Source: Tissierellia bacterium (GTDB lineage: Bacteria > Bacillota > Clostridia > Tissierellales > Tissierellaceae). From it: 64,000 nucleotides of DNA. The notes below the pieces were generated by a model. It made no database searches. It was not told the DNA's origin and saw only the letters and a program-made list of their open reading frames with translations. Positions 30,512 to 37,456 of this stretch are shown one piece after another (positions within the stretch are counted from its first letter, which is position 1; every line of letters starts with the position of its first letter). The stretch spans positions 20,374 through 84,373 of the forward strand of contig JAAYTL010000001.1 in NCBI GenBank assembly GCA_012518035.1, read 5' to 3'. A program made the position numbers and the translations under genes.

Positions 30512-32059
30512 ATGGAGGTGTTTGACATTAAAGAAGTTTTATTCTCAATTCTTGGCGCACTTATTGGAATGATCGTCGGATATTTTATTCGAAAAAATAT
30601 AGGCGAAGGAAAAATAAATAATGCTGAAGAGTTGGCAAAAAAAATTATTGAAGATGCGAAAAAGAATGCTGAATCTTATAAAAGAGAAGCGATACTTGAG
30701 GCTAAAGATGAGATTCACAAGTTGAGAACGGAAGCCGAAAGAGAAAACAGAGAAAGACGCAATGAAGTTCAAAGATTAGAACGACGTGTCATCAAGAAGG
30801 AAGAATCTGTTGATCGAAAATTGGATTCCATTGAAAAGAAGGAAGAAACAATTGCCAAGAAAATCAAGCAATTGGAAGAAAAAGAAGCAACTATTAATAG
30901 TCTGCATGAACAGCAATTAAAGGAATTGGAAAAACTATCTGGCTTAACCTCTGAAGAGGCAAAAACCATCTTATTAGATGGGGTTAAAAGAGAAATCTCT
31001 CATGAAACTGCTGTTATGATCAAGGAAATGGAACAGCAGGCCAAATTAGAGGCTGAAAAGAATGCCAAGGAAATCATCACTATGGCTATACAAAGATGCG
31101 CAGCTGACCACGTTGCCGAGACAACTGTTACTGTAGTTTCTTTGCCTAATGACGAAATGAAGGGTAGGATAATTGGTAGAGAGGGAAGGAATATTAGGAC
31201 CCTTGAAACCTTAACTGGAATCGATTTGATTATCGACGATACCCCAGAGGCCGTAGTTTTGTCAGGTTTTGACCCTATAAGAAGGGAAATCGCTAGGATT
31301 GCATTAGAGAAGCTCATCGTAGATGGAAGAATCCACCCTGCTCGAATTGAAGAAATGGTTGATAAAGCCAAGAAGGAAGTTGAAAACATCATCAAGGAAG
31401 AAGGGGAACAGGCAGCATTTGAAACTGGTATTCACAATCTGCATCCTGAAATTATCAAGCTATTGGGTAGGCTAAGATATAGAACCAGCTATGGACAAAA
31501 TGTCCTAAAGCATTCTATAGAAGTATCCCATTTAGCTGGATTAATGGCTTCAGAACTTGGTGCAGATGTTAGGTTGGCCAAGAGGGCTGGTTTACTGCAT
31601 GACTTAGGAAAGGCTGTAGACCATGAAGTTGAAGGTCCTCATGTTGATATCGGGGTTGACTTAGCTAGAAAATATAGGGAATCCAAGGAAGTAGTCCATG
31701 CCATTGCAGCCCACCATGGTGATATAGAACCAACAACTATTGAAGCCGTACTGGTACAAGCAGCGGATGCAATATCTGCAGCTAGACCAGGAGCTAGGAG
31801 AGAAACCCTTGAAGCATATATTAAGAGGCTTGAAAAACTTGAAGAAATAGCCAACTCCATTAGAGGGGTTGATAAATCATATGCTATTCAAGCAGGAAGA
31901 GAGATTAGAATATTAGTTAAACCTGATGAAGTTGATGAAAGTCAAACGGTACACACAGCAAGAGAAATTGTTAAGAAAATTGAATCAGAATTAGATTATC
32001 CAGGTCAAATCAAGGTAAATGTAATTCGTGAAACCAGAGCTATTGAATACGCTAAGTAG
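30512..32059 (+). CDS. rny: ribonuclease Y
   Basis: N-terminal TM, coiled coil, KH ([15 protein letters not shown]) and HD domain (LLHDLGKA). The start is uncertain: ATG 30512 has no SD, while GGAGGTG at 30514-30520 precedes in-frame ATT 30527. Confidence 0.93.
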   Translation: MEVFDIKEVLFSILGALIGMIVGYFIRKNIGEGKINNAEELAKKIIEDAKKNAESYKREAILEAKDEIHKLRTEAERENRERRNEVQRLERRVIKKEESVDRKLDSIEKKEETIAKKIKQLEEKEATINSLHEQQLKELEKLSGLTSEEAKTILLDGVKREISHETAVMIKEMEQQAKLEAEKNAKEIITMAIQRCAADHVAETTVTVVSLPNDEMKGRIIGREGRNIRTLETLTGIDLIIDDTPEAVVLSGFDPIRREIARIALEKLIVDGRIHPARIEEMVDKAKKEVENIIKEEGEQAAFETGIHNLHPEIIKLLGRLRYRTSYGQNVLKHSIEVSHLAGLMASELGADVRLAKRAGLLHDLGKAVDHEVEGPHVDIGVDLARKYRESKEVVHAIAAHHGDIEPTTIEAVLVQAADAISAARPGARRETLEAYIKRLEKLEEIANSIRGVDKSYAIQAGREIRILVKPDEVDESQTVHTAREIVKKIESELDYPGQIKVNVIRETRAIEYAK

Positions 32060-32181
32060 TAACTTAGCCAATAGCTTTTATATAGATTATAATATTAAAT
32101 ACTTAACTATGGATAAGTGTTACTTATATTATAATTATGGTTTAAGATATTCAGTTTAGTTGATAATGAACCTAGATAAAG

Positions 32182-32208
32182 AAAAACCTGCCTATAGGGC
32201 AGGTTTTT
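32182..32208 (+). terminator. intrinsic terminator downstream of rny
   Basis: AAAAACCTGCC-TATAG-GGCAGGTTTTT, located 20 nt before the PHP gene start. Confidence 0.7.
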
Positions 32209-32229
32209 CCATATGAAAGGAGTTTTAAT

Positions 32230-33048
32230 TTGAGGTATGATCTGCATGTCCATACGCATTATTCAGACGGTCTTCATAGTCCGAAAAAGGTTATAGATAA
32301 GGCAAGAAGCTTAGGTTTAAGAGGAATTGCTATAACTGACCATGATAGTGTAATGGGTATAGAAGAAGCCTTATCTTACAGTAAGGAATTTGAGGACTTT
32401 GAACTGATACCAGGAATAGAATTATCTTGTATCTATAGGGATGATGAAGTACATATATTAGGCTACTTCATCGACTACAAGGAAGAAAAGCTCCATAATA
32501 CTACTCAAGATTTAAGAAAACATAGAAAAATCAGGGGCAAAAGAATGGTAGAGAAACTAAATACATTTGGAATAGCTATAGATTTCCACAAGATTAAGTC
32601 GGATAATCCTAATGACTTTGTAGGTAGGGTAGCTATCGCCAGAGAGTTAATAAGCAAGGGTTATGCCAATAACATACAAGATGCCTTTAACAAGTACCTA
32701 AACCCAGGAAGACCTGCCTTCGTAGAAAGGTATAAATTAGCCGTAGAGGATGCTATTAAGCTAATTAAAGGTGCGGGAGGATTAGCTGTACTAGCTCATC
32801 CAGGACTTCTAAAGGATGAAACTAGCATAGACTACAGTATTATAAAAGGTATAGATGGGATTGAGGCCATCCATTCTAAACATACCCCCAAGGAAGTTAA
32901 GGCCTTCAAAGAAATAGCTAGAAGAAATAATTTGATAGCTACAGGCGGCTCCGACTGTCACGGTGAATACCATAATGGTGATATCCTATTGGGTAAGTAT
33001 TATACTGATCTGGATACTATAAAGATAATGAAGGAGAGGATCAAATGA
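32230..33048 (+). CDS. PHP-domain phosphoesterase (TrpH/YciV-like)
   Basis: YDLHVHTHYSDG, ITDHD and GGSDCHG PHP metal-binding motifs. TTG start 8 nt after SD AAGGAG. Confidence 0.85.
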   Translation: MRYDLHVHTHYSDGLHSPKKVIDKARSLGLRGIAITDHDSVMGIEEALSYSKEFEDFELIPGIELSCIYRDDEVHILGYFIDYKEEKLHNTTQDLRKHRKIRGKRMVEKLNTFGIAIDFHKIKSDNPNDFVGRVAIARELISKGYANNIQDAFNKYLNPGRPAFVERYKLAVEDAIKLIKGAGGLAVLAHPGLLKDETSIDYSIIKGIDGIEAIHSKHTPKEVKAFKEIARRNNLIATGGSDCHGEYHNGDILLGKYYTDLDTIKIMKERIK

Positions 33049-33428
33049 CTTTATACAAGGGCCAAAGACAAAGGCAATTTCCTCCAACCATAGGGACCAC
33101 ATCCTTTGTAAAACTATATATACTCCATATATTAATTGAAAAAAACTGTTATGGTAATAGGATTAAAGACGAGATAAGTGAGAGACTAAACCATAAATGG
33201 ACCCCAAGCCCTGGTATGATATATCCTTTGCTTAGGGAATTAGAGGAAGAGGGATATATAAATGGATGGTGGGAGGAACCCCAAAAGAGATCCATTAGAA
33301 GGTATAGGATTACTGACGAAGGTATCAAACATTATAAGGTCATCAGGAGACAGGCAAAGGAATCCTTGGATAATTCATTATATATAGTCAAAACAGTTTT
33401 GAATGACATATATAAGGAAAAGTATTAA
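33045..33428 (+). CDS. PadR family transcriptional regulator
   Basis: wHTH YGNRIKDEISERL...SPGMIYPLLRELEEEGYI. ATGA overlap with the PHP gene. Confidence 0.8.
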   Translation: MTLYKGQRQRQFPPTIGTTSFVKLYILHILIEKNCYGNRIKDEISERLNHKWTPSPGMIYPLLRELEEEGYINGWWEEPQKRSIRRYRITDEGIKHYKVIRRQAKESLDNSLYIVKTVLNDIYKEKY

Positions 33429-33466
33429 TTATATAGTTAAGCTCATCATGTCATAAACAAAATATT

Positions 33467-33510
33467 AAATGGTTTACATATATACTTTATGTAAACCATT
33501 TTTCATTTTT
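33467..33510 (+). terminator. intrinsic terminator after the PadR gene
   Basis: Perfect 14-bp stem AAATGGTTTACATA/TATGTAAACCATTT, 7-nt loop, then TTCATTTTT, 39 nt after the stop. The 3' arm resembles a XerD-arm word (see findings). Confidence 0.7.
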
Positions 33511-33897
33511 ATATTGTTATTATGGTTTTTAATTTCAACCTTACAAAAGATTAGAACCATAATTTTAAAGTTTATAAAAATGATCTTTAAAATATTGAAG
33601 TAGAAGCTATTTATACGATCTTTTGAGGGAGGCAAAAATTTTATTAAGAAGTCAAAATTATCAGGCCTTAAATTGGCCTGTAAGGCATTTTTAAGATGCG
33701 GTTAATATAATTAGATTATAATGTCGGTAAAATTAATTATAAAGGAAATATGAGCCTCTGAGTTGGTTTAGTAGTGATTAAGGTAAAATTTTGGTAAATC
33801 CAGCTAAATATTTACTATAAAATGAGTGTTTCCATAGTTGTAAGTGTGTTTTCAGCTGTTATGGCTATTGAGATGCCTAGTATAGCTATTAAGAAAA

Positions 33898-33907
33898 TCA
33901 CAAAATA
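33898..33907 (+). repeat. third copy of the 10-mer TCACAAAATA found in both arms of the downstream palindrome
   Basis: Exact 10-mer at 33898-33907. The same 10-mer occurs at 33960-33969 and, inverted, at 33972-33981. Confidence 0.6.
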
Positions 33908-33912
33908 TTATC

Positions 33913-33941
33913 TGGATATTTTTACTAGGTTGTGGTATTAT
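33913..33941 (+). promoter_or_regulatory. candidate promoter of the Xer-like recombinase gene
   Basis: TGGATA (33913-33918), 17-nt spacer, TGg-TATTAT extended -10 (33936-33941). Confidence 0.35.
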
Positions 33942-33954
33942 ATTATTATAAATG

Positions 33955-33986
33955 ATTAGTCACAAAATAGATATTTTGTGACTAAT
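33955..33986. repeat. 32-bp near-perfect palindrome (operator, RNA hairpin or recombinase core-type site)
   Basis: ATTAGTCACAAAATA-GA-TATTTTGTGACTAAT, 15-bp perfect arms. It also reads as 12-8-12: ATTAGTCACAAA / ATAGATAT / TTTGTGACTAAT. Ends 31 nt before the recombinase ATG. Confidence 0.6.
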
Positions 33987-34017
33987 GTAGTAAAAAAATT
34001 AAGAAAAGAGGATTTTT

Positions 34018-34983
34018 ATGACAAATACCCCCCTTATTCTTGAAGATTTTTTAAATTATATGGAAACTATCAGAGGTGCCTCCCCTAATACTGTAAAAGA
34101 ATACTATTATGATTTAAATACCTTCTTTCGCTACTTAAAGCATAGGTATAAAATGGTCCCTTCTGATACAGAGTTTGAAGAAATTGAAATCCATGATATC
34201 GACTTAGATCTAATTAAAAAAATAAATATACAGGATTTACATGCCTATGTTTCCTATGTAGACAAGGTTCTAAAAAATGGCAACAATGCTAAATCTAGAA
34301 AAGTGTCCTCCCTCAGGTCCTTTTTCAAGTACTTATACTCAACCCTTAACCTGATAGAGAAAAATCCTGCTGATTCCTTGGAGCTTCCTAAGGCCAACTC
34401 TAGGTATCCTGTCTACCTCACCCTAGACCAGGCTGAGACGCTATTAGATACGATTTTAGAAAACCCCAGTGAAGAATATCGTAAACGGGATTATGCTATT
34501 ATTATGCTCTTTTTAAACTGCGGTCTACGTCTATCAGAGCTTTCAAGTATAAATATTAGCAAGATCAAAAATAACGAAACCTTGACAGTTATCGGTAAGG
34601 GCAATAAAGAAAGAACCATCTACCTTAATGAGGCCTGCCAGGCCGCAATAAAAGATTACCTATCCATCAGGCCTAAGGATGCCAAGGACCCTGATGCCCT
34701 CTTCATCAGCAAGAGGAAAAACAGGATGAGTAATCGGGCCATTCAGCATATGGTAGAAAGATATTTTAAGAGAATGGGTTTGGATACAAATATATACTCA
34801 ACTCACAAGTTAAGACACACTGCTGCAACCCTCATGTACCAGCATGGAAATGTCGATATAAGGGCCCTACAGGAGATTCTAGGCCATGAGTCAGTATCCA
34901 CCACCCAAATCTATACCCATTTAGATGATGAAAGATTAAGGGATGCTATCAATAGCAATCCCCTTGCTAAGAGAAAGAAGTAG
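34018..34983 (+). CDS. tyrosine site-specific recombinase (XerC/XerD family)
   Basis: N-terminal SAM-like core-binding domain. Catalytic signature GLRLSEL (Arg), HKLRHTAAT (H-x-x-R) and LGHESVSTTQIYTH (His, Tyr). Confidence 0.85.
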   Translation: MTNTPLILEDFLNYMETIRGASPNTVKEYYYDLNTFFRYLKHRYKMVPSDTEFEEIEIHDIDLDLIKKINIQDLHAYVSYVDKVLKNGNNAKSRKVSSLRSFFKYLYSTLNLIEKNPADSLELPKANSRYPVYLTLDQAETLLDTILENPSEEYRKRDYAIIMLFLNCGLRLSELSSINISKIKNNETLTVIGKGNKERTIYLNEACQAAIKDYLSIRPKDAKDPDALFISKRKNRMSNRAIQHMVERYFKRMGLDTNIYSTHKLRHTAATLMYQHGNVDIRALQEILGHESVSTTQIYTHLDDERLRDAINSNPLAKRKK

Positions 34984-34985
34984 TA

Positions 34986-35288
34986 TTATTCTAGTACAGG
35001 AACAAAGATTATATCACCCGGATAAATATATGCTGTATCTAGGCTATTAAACTCCTTAAGTTTATAGACCAAGTACCTAACATCGTACTTGTCAGGCATA
35101 TTCCTTAAGGCAATATCCCAAAGGGTATCCCCTTCCATAACTAGAACTTCTATATAGTCTTCTTCTAACACCAGGCTATGGGCTCCCTTGGAGTTAAGTA
35201 TTGTAAATACAAGGGTAAATACCAGCACCATCAAGATAGTAGTAAACAAATAAAATCTTTGTTTATTTACAATTCTATACTTTTTCAT
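34986..35288 (-). CDS. LysM-domain membrane protein, YneA-like SOS cell-division inhibitor candidate
   Basis: Single N-terminal TM plus a LysM domain (VMEGDTLWDIA...GDIIFVP). Divergent from lexA with LexA boxes in its promoter. ATG 35288 with SD GGGGTG is preferred over the ORF-track TTG 35318, which overlaps a LexA box. Confidence 0.7.
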   Translation of the reverse strand: MKKYRIVNKQRFYLFTTILMVLVFTLVFTILNSKGAHSLVLEEDYIEVLVMEGDTLWDIALRNMPDKYDVRYLVYKLKEFNSLDTAYIYPGDIIFVPVLE

Positions 35289-35312
35289 AGTCACACCCCG
35301 CACTATTGTTCT

Positions 35313-35324
35313 GAACAATTGTTC
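35313..35324. promoter_or_regulatory. LexA (Cheo) box 1, yneA-like promoter-proximal
   Basis: GAACAATTGTTC, a perfect GAAC-N4-GTTC palindrome just downstream of the yneA-like -10. Confidence 0.8.
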
Positions 35325-35332
35325 TTATCTAT

Positions 35333-35361
35333 ATATTAATCAAACGTCCGTTCCTTGTCAA
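35333..35361 (-). promoter_or_regulatory. promoter of the yneA-like gene
   Basis: On the minus strand: TTGACA (35361-35356), 17-nt spacer containing GAACGGACGTTT, TAATAT (35338-35333). Confidence 0.6.
35342..35353. promoter_or_regulatory. LexA (Cheo) box 2
   Basis: Minus strand reads GAACGGACGTTT, one mismatch from the recA box GAACGGACGTTC. Lies in the spacer of the yneA-like promoter. Confidence 0.7.
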
Positions 35362-35381
35362 TAGGTTTTTGCAAAAAATCA

Positions 35382-35393
35382 GAACCTTTGTTT
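35382..35393. promoter_or_regulatory. LexA (Cheo) box 3, overlapping the lexA -35
   Basis: GAACCTTTGTTT, a GAAC-N4-GTTT box overlapping TTGATT. Confidence 0.6.
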
Positions 35394-35420
35394 GATTATT
35401 TGTTTTCCTTGTGTTATAAT
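35392..35420 (+). promoter_or_regulatory. lexA promoter
   Basis: TTGATT (35392-35397), 17-nt spacer, TGt-TATAAT extended -10 (35415-35420). Confidence 0.65.
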
Positions 35421-35466
35421 TTGTTTAGTTATATAAGTGAGGATGGAAAACTAAGGAGGTGCCAAC

Positions 35467-36084
35467 ATGTATGAAGATTTGTCCCAAAAACAGATAGAGA
35501 TCTTATTATATATAAAAAATGAAATCCAAAGACAAGGTTACCCCCCTGCTGTAAGGGATATATGTAAGGGTGTTAATCTAAAGTCCACCTCAACTGTTCA
35601 CGGACATCTAGAGAAACTTGAAGCGAAAGGATATATTAGAAGGGACCCCACCAAACCTAGGGCCATAGAGATATTGGATAAGGAAGATAATTTTCTACTG
35701 GCCAAGAAAAAGACTGTTGATATCCCCATTGTGGGTCAGGTAACAGCTGGTCTACCAATTCTAGCGGTAGAAAATATTGAAGATACCTTCCCTATAGCTG
35801 TTGAATTTGTTGAAGGTCATGATGTTTTTTTCTTAAGAGTCAAAGGTGAAAGCATGATTGAAGCAGGAATTATGGATGGAGATCTTGTCCTAGTCCAAGA
35901 ACAAAAAACAGCTAAAAACGGTGAAATTGTAGTTGCCCTATTAGAAGATGAGGCAACAGTAAAAACTTTCTATAAGGAGAAAGACCAAATAAGACTACAA
36001 CCTGAAAACCAGTTTATGGAACCAATCTATACAAGGAATGTACAGATTATAGGAAAGGTTATTGGCTTATTTAGGAAGATATAA
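35467..36084 (+). CDS. lexA: LexA repressor
   Basis: N-terminal wHTH, cleavage-site region [10 protein letters not shown], and S24 peptidase [12 protein letters not shown]. Confidence 0.96.
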   Translation: MYEDLSQKQIEILLYIKNEIQRQGYPPAVRDICKGVNLKSTSTVHGHLEKLEAKGYIRRDPTKPRAIEILDKEDNFLLAKKKTVDIPIVGQVTAGLPILAVENIEDTFPIAVEFVEGHDVFFLRVKGESMIEAGIMDGDLVLVQEQKTAKNGEIVVALLEDEATVKTFYKEKDQIRLQPENQFMEPIYTRNVQIIGKVIGLFRKI

Positions 36085-36097
36085 GATTATATAAAGC

Positions 36098-36134
36098 AAA
36101 AAGCTATGTAATGGGATATTACATAGCTTTTTTT
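36098..36134. terminator. bidirectional terminator between convergent lexA and ynbB-like genes
   Basis: AAAAAGCTATGTAAT-GGGAT-ATTACATAGCTTTTTTT, an 11-bp stem flanked by an A run and a T run. Confidence 0.8.
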
Positions 36135-36137
36135 ATC

Positions 36138-37430
36138 TCATTTTAAATTGATTAGGCCTTTTTTATAGAGGTTGTTTAAGGATTTATAAACTCCTAACTT
36201 GCAATGGTCATAGGTCAGACCGCCCTGATAATAGGCATAATAGGGTTCCCGCATAGGTCCATCAGCGCTTAACTCAATTGAGGAGCCATCTATAAAACCA
36301 CCAGCAGCCATTATAACCTTATCCTCATATCCAGGCATTTCCCATGCTTCTGGCATAATGAAGGAATCAACAGCAGAGGCTGCTTGGATACCCATGCAAA
36401 ATTCAGCAACCCTCTCCCTACTTAATAATTCCACCCCTTGGATAATATCACTCCTCTTATCATCTAAATCAGGAGTTATTTTGAAACCCAAGCTCTTGTA
36501 AACTGCCCCTACAAGCAAGGCACCTTTAACAGCTTCAGAGACGATATGAGGGGCTAAAAATAATCCCTGCAGGGTAGTTCTGGTAGTTCCAAAGGTAAGA
36601 CCTGTGTCCTTACCAAGACCGGGTGCTGTACTCCTAATAGCAACCATCTCTACCAGATCCCTTCTACCAACTATGTAACCTCCAGAAAGAGCGATGCCCC
36701 CTCCTGGATTTTTTATTAGGGATCCAGCCATTATATCAGCTCCAACATCAGTTGGTTCTTTATAATCTAAAAACTCCCCATAACAATTATCAACCATTAT
36801 AATAATATCCGTATTATAGCTTTTAATTGCCCTTATGGCATCCCCTATCTCCTCTATGGTCAAGGCCCTTCTATCACTATACCCAGTAGACCTTTGAATT
36901 CCTATCATCCTAGTATCCTTGTTGATGGCCTTTAGAACACTATCAATATCTATTTTATTATCTACTAGGTCTACCTCCTTATATTTAATTCCAAATTCAG
37001 CTAGGCTACCTGCTGAATTCCCCTTTATTCCAATCACCTGTTGTAGTGTATCATATGGAGCCCCTGTTACGTATAAGAGCTCATCCCCTGGCCTTAAGAT
37101 TCCAGATAAGGTAAGTGCTAGGGCATGGGTTCCTGAAGCAATAGTAGGCCTTACCAAGGCATCATCAGTATTAAAAACCAGAGAGTAAATTTCTTCAGCC
37201 TTTTCCCTTCCTACATCCCCATATCCATAACCAGTAGTCCAATTAAAATGCATGGAGCTAAGCCCTGCTTCCTGCATCTTTGCTATTACCTTGTATTGAT
37301 TGTACTCTCTTATCCTTTCAATCTCTTCTACCTTATCTACTATCAACTTTTCCTTATCATTTACAAATTCAATGATTTCTTCTTCTATTCCCAATTCTTT
37401 ACATAATATATTTACTGTAAACTGATTCAT
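36138..37430 (-). CDS. YnbB/aluminium-resistance family PLP-dependent enzyme (Cys/Met metabolism fold)
   Basis: 430 aa containing TGYGYGDVGREK and an aminotransferase-like fold pattern. Position downstream of hfq. Confidence 0.8.
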   Translation of the reverse strand: MNQFTVNILCKELGIEEEIIEFVNDKEKLIVDKVEEIERIREYNQYKVIAKMQEAGLSSMHFNWTTGYGYGDVGREKAEEIYSLVFNTDDALVRPTIASGTHALALTLSGILRPGDELLYVTGAPYDTLQQVIGIKGNSAGSLAEFGIKYKEVDLVDNKIDIDSVLKAINKDTRMIGIQRSTGYSDRRALTIEEIGDAIRAIKSYNTDIIIMVDNCYGEFLDYKEPTDVGADIMAGSLIKNPGGGIALSGGYIVGRRDLVEMVAIRSTAPGLGKDTGLTFGTTRTTLQGLFLAPHIVSEAVKGALLVGAVYKSLGFKITPDLDDKRSDIIQGVELLSRERVAEFCMGIQAASAVDSFIMPEAWEMPGYEDKVIMAAGGFIDGSSIELSADGPMREPYYAYYQGGLTYDHCKLGVYKSLNNLYKKGLINLK

Positions 37431-37456
37431 CTTGTGACTTACCTTCCTATATTTTT

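Noticed and set aside
33625-33692. Strong SD-like GAGGGAGG followed by a possible 18-codon ORF and a terminator-like hairpin.
   Set aside because: The only in-frame start near the SD is ATT. There is no ATG, GTG or TTG within range, and the peptide has no recognisable features. I kept it only as part of the description of the non-coding gap.
34018-34983. Xer-like recombinase as the integrase of a prophage, ICE or genomic island.
   Set aside because: No phage, conjugation, excisionase or cargo genes flank it. No tRNA or direct-repeat att pair was seen. The neighbours (rny, PHP, PadR, yneA-like, lexA) are core genes. A chromosomal Xer-type role is more likely, although the upstream 590-bp gap remains unexplained.
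36098-36134. The hairpin between lexA and the ynbB-like gene contains TATGTAAT/ATTACATA words reminiscent of dif arms, right at the strand switch.
   Set aside because: The arms are in the opposite relative orientation to dif (TATGTAAT on the left, ATTACATA on the right). The stem is flanked by A and T runs, as expected for a bidirectional terminator between convergent genes.
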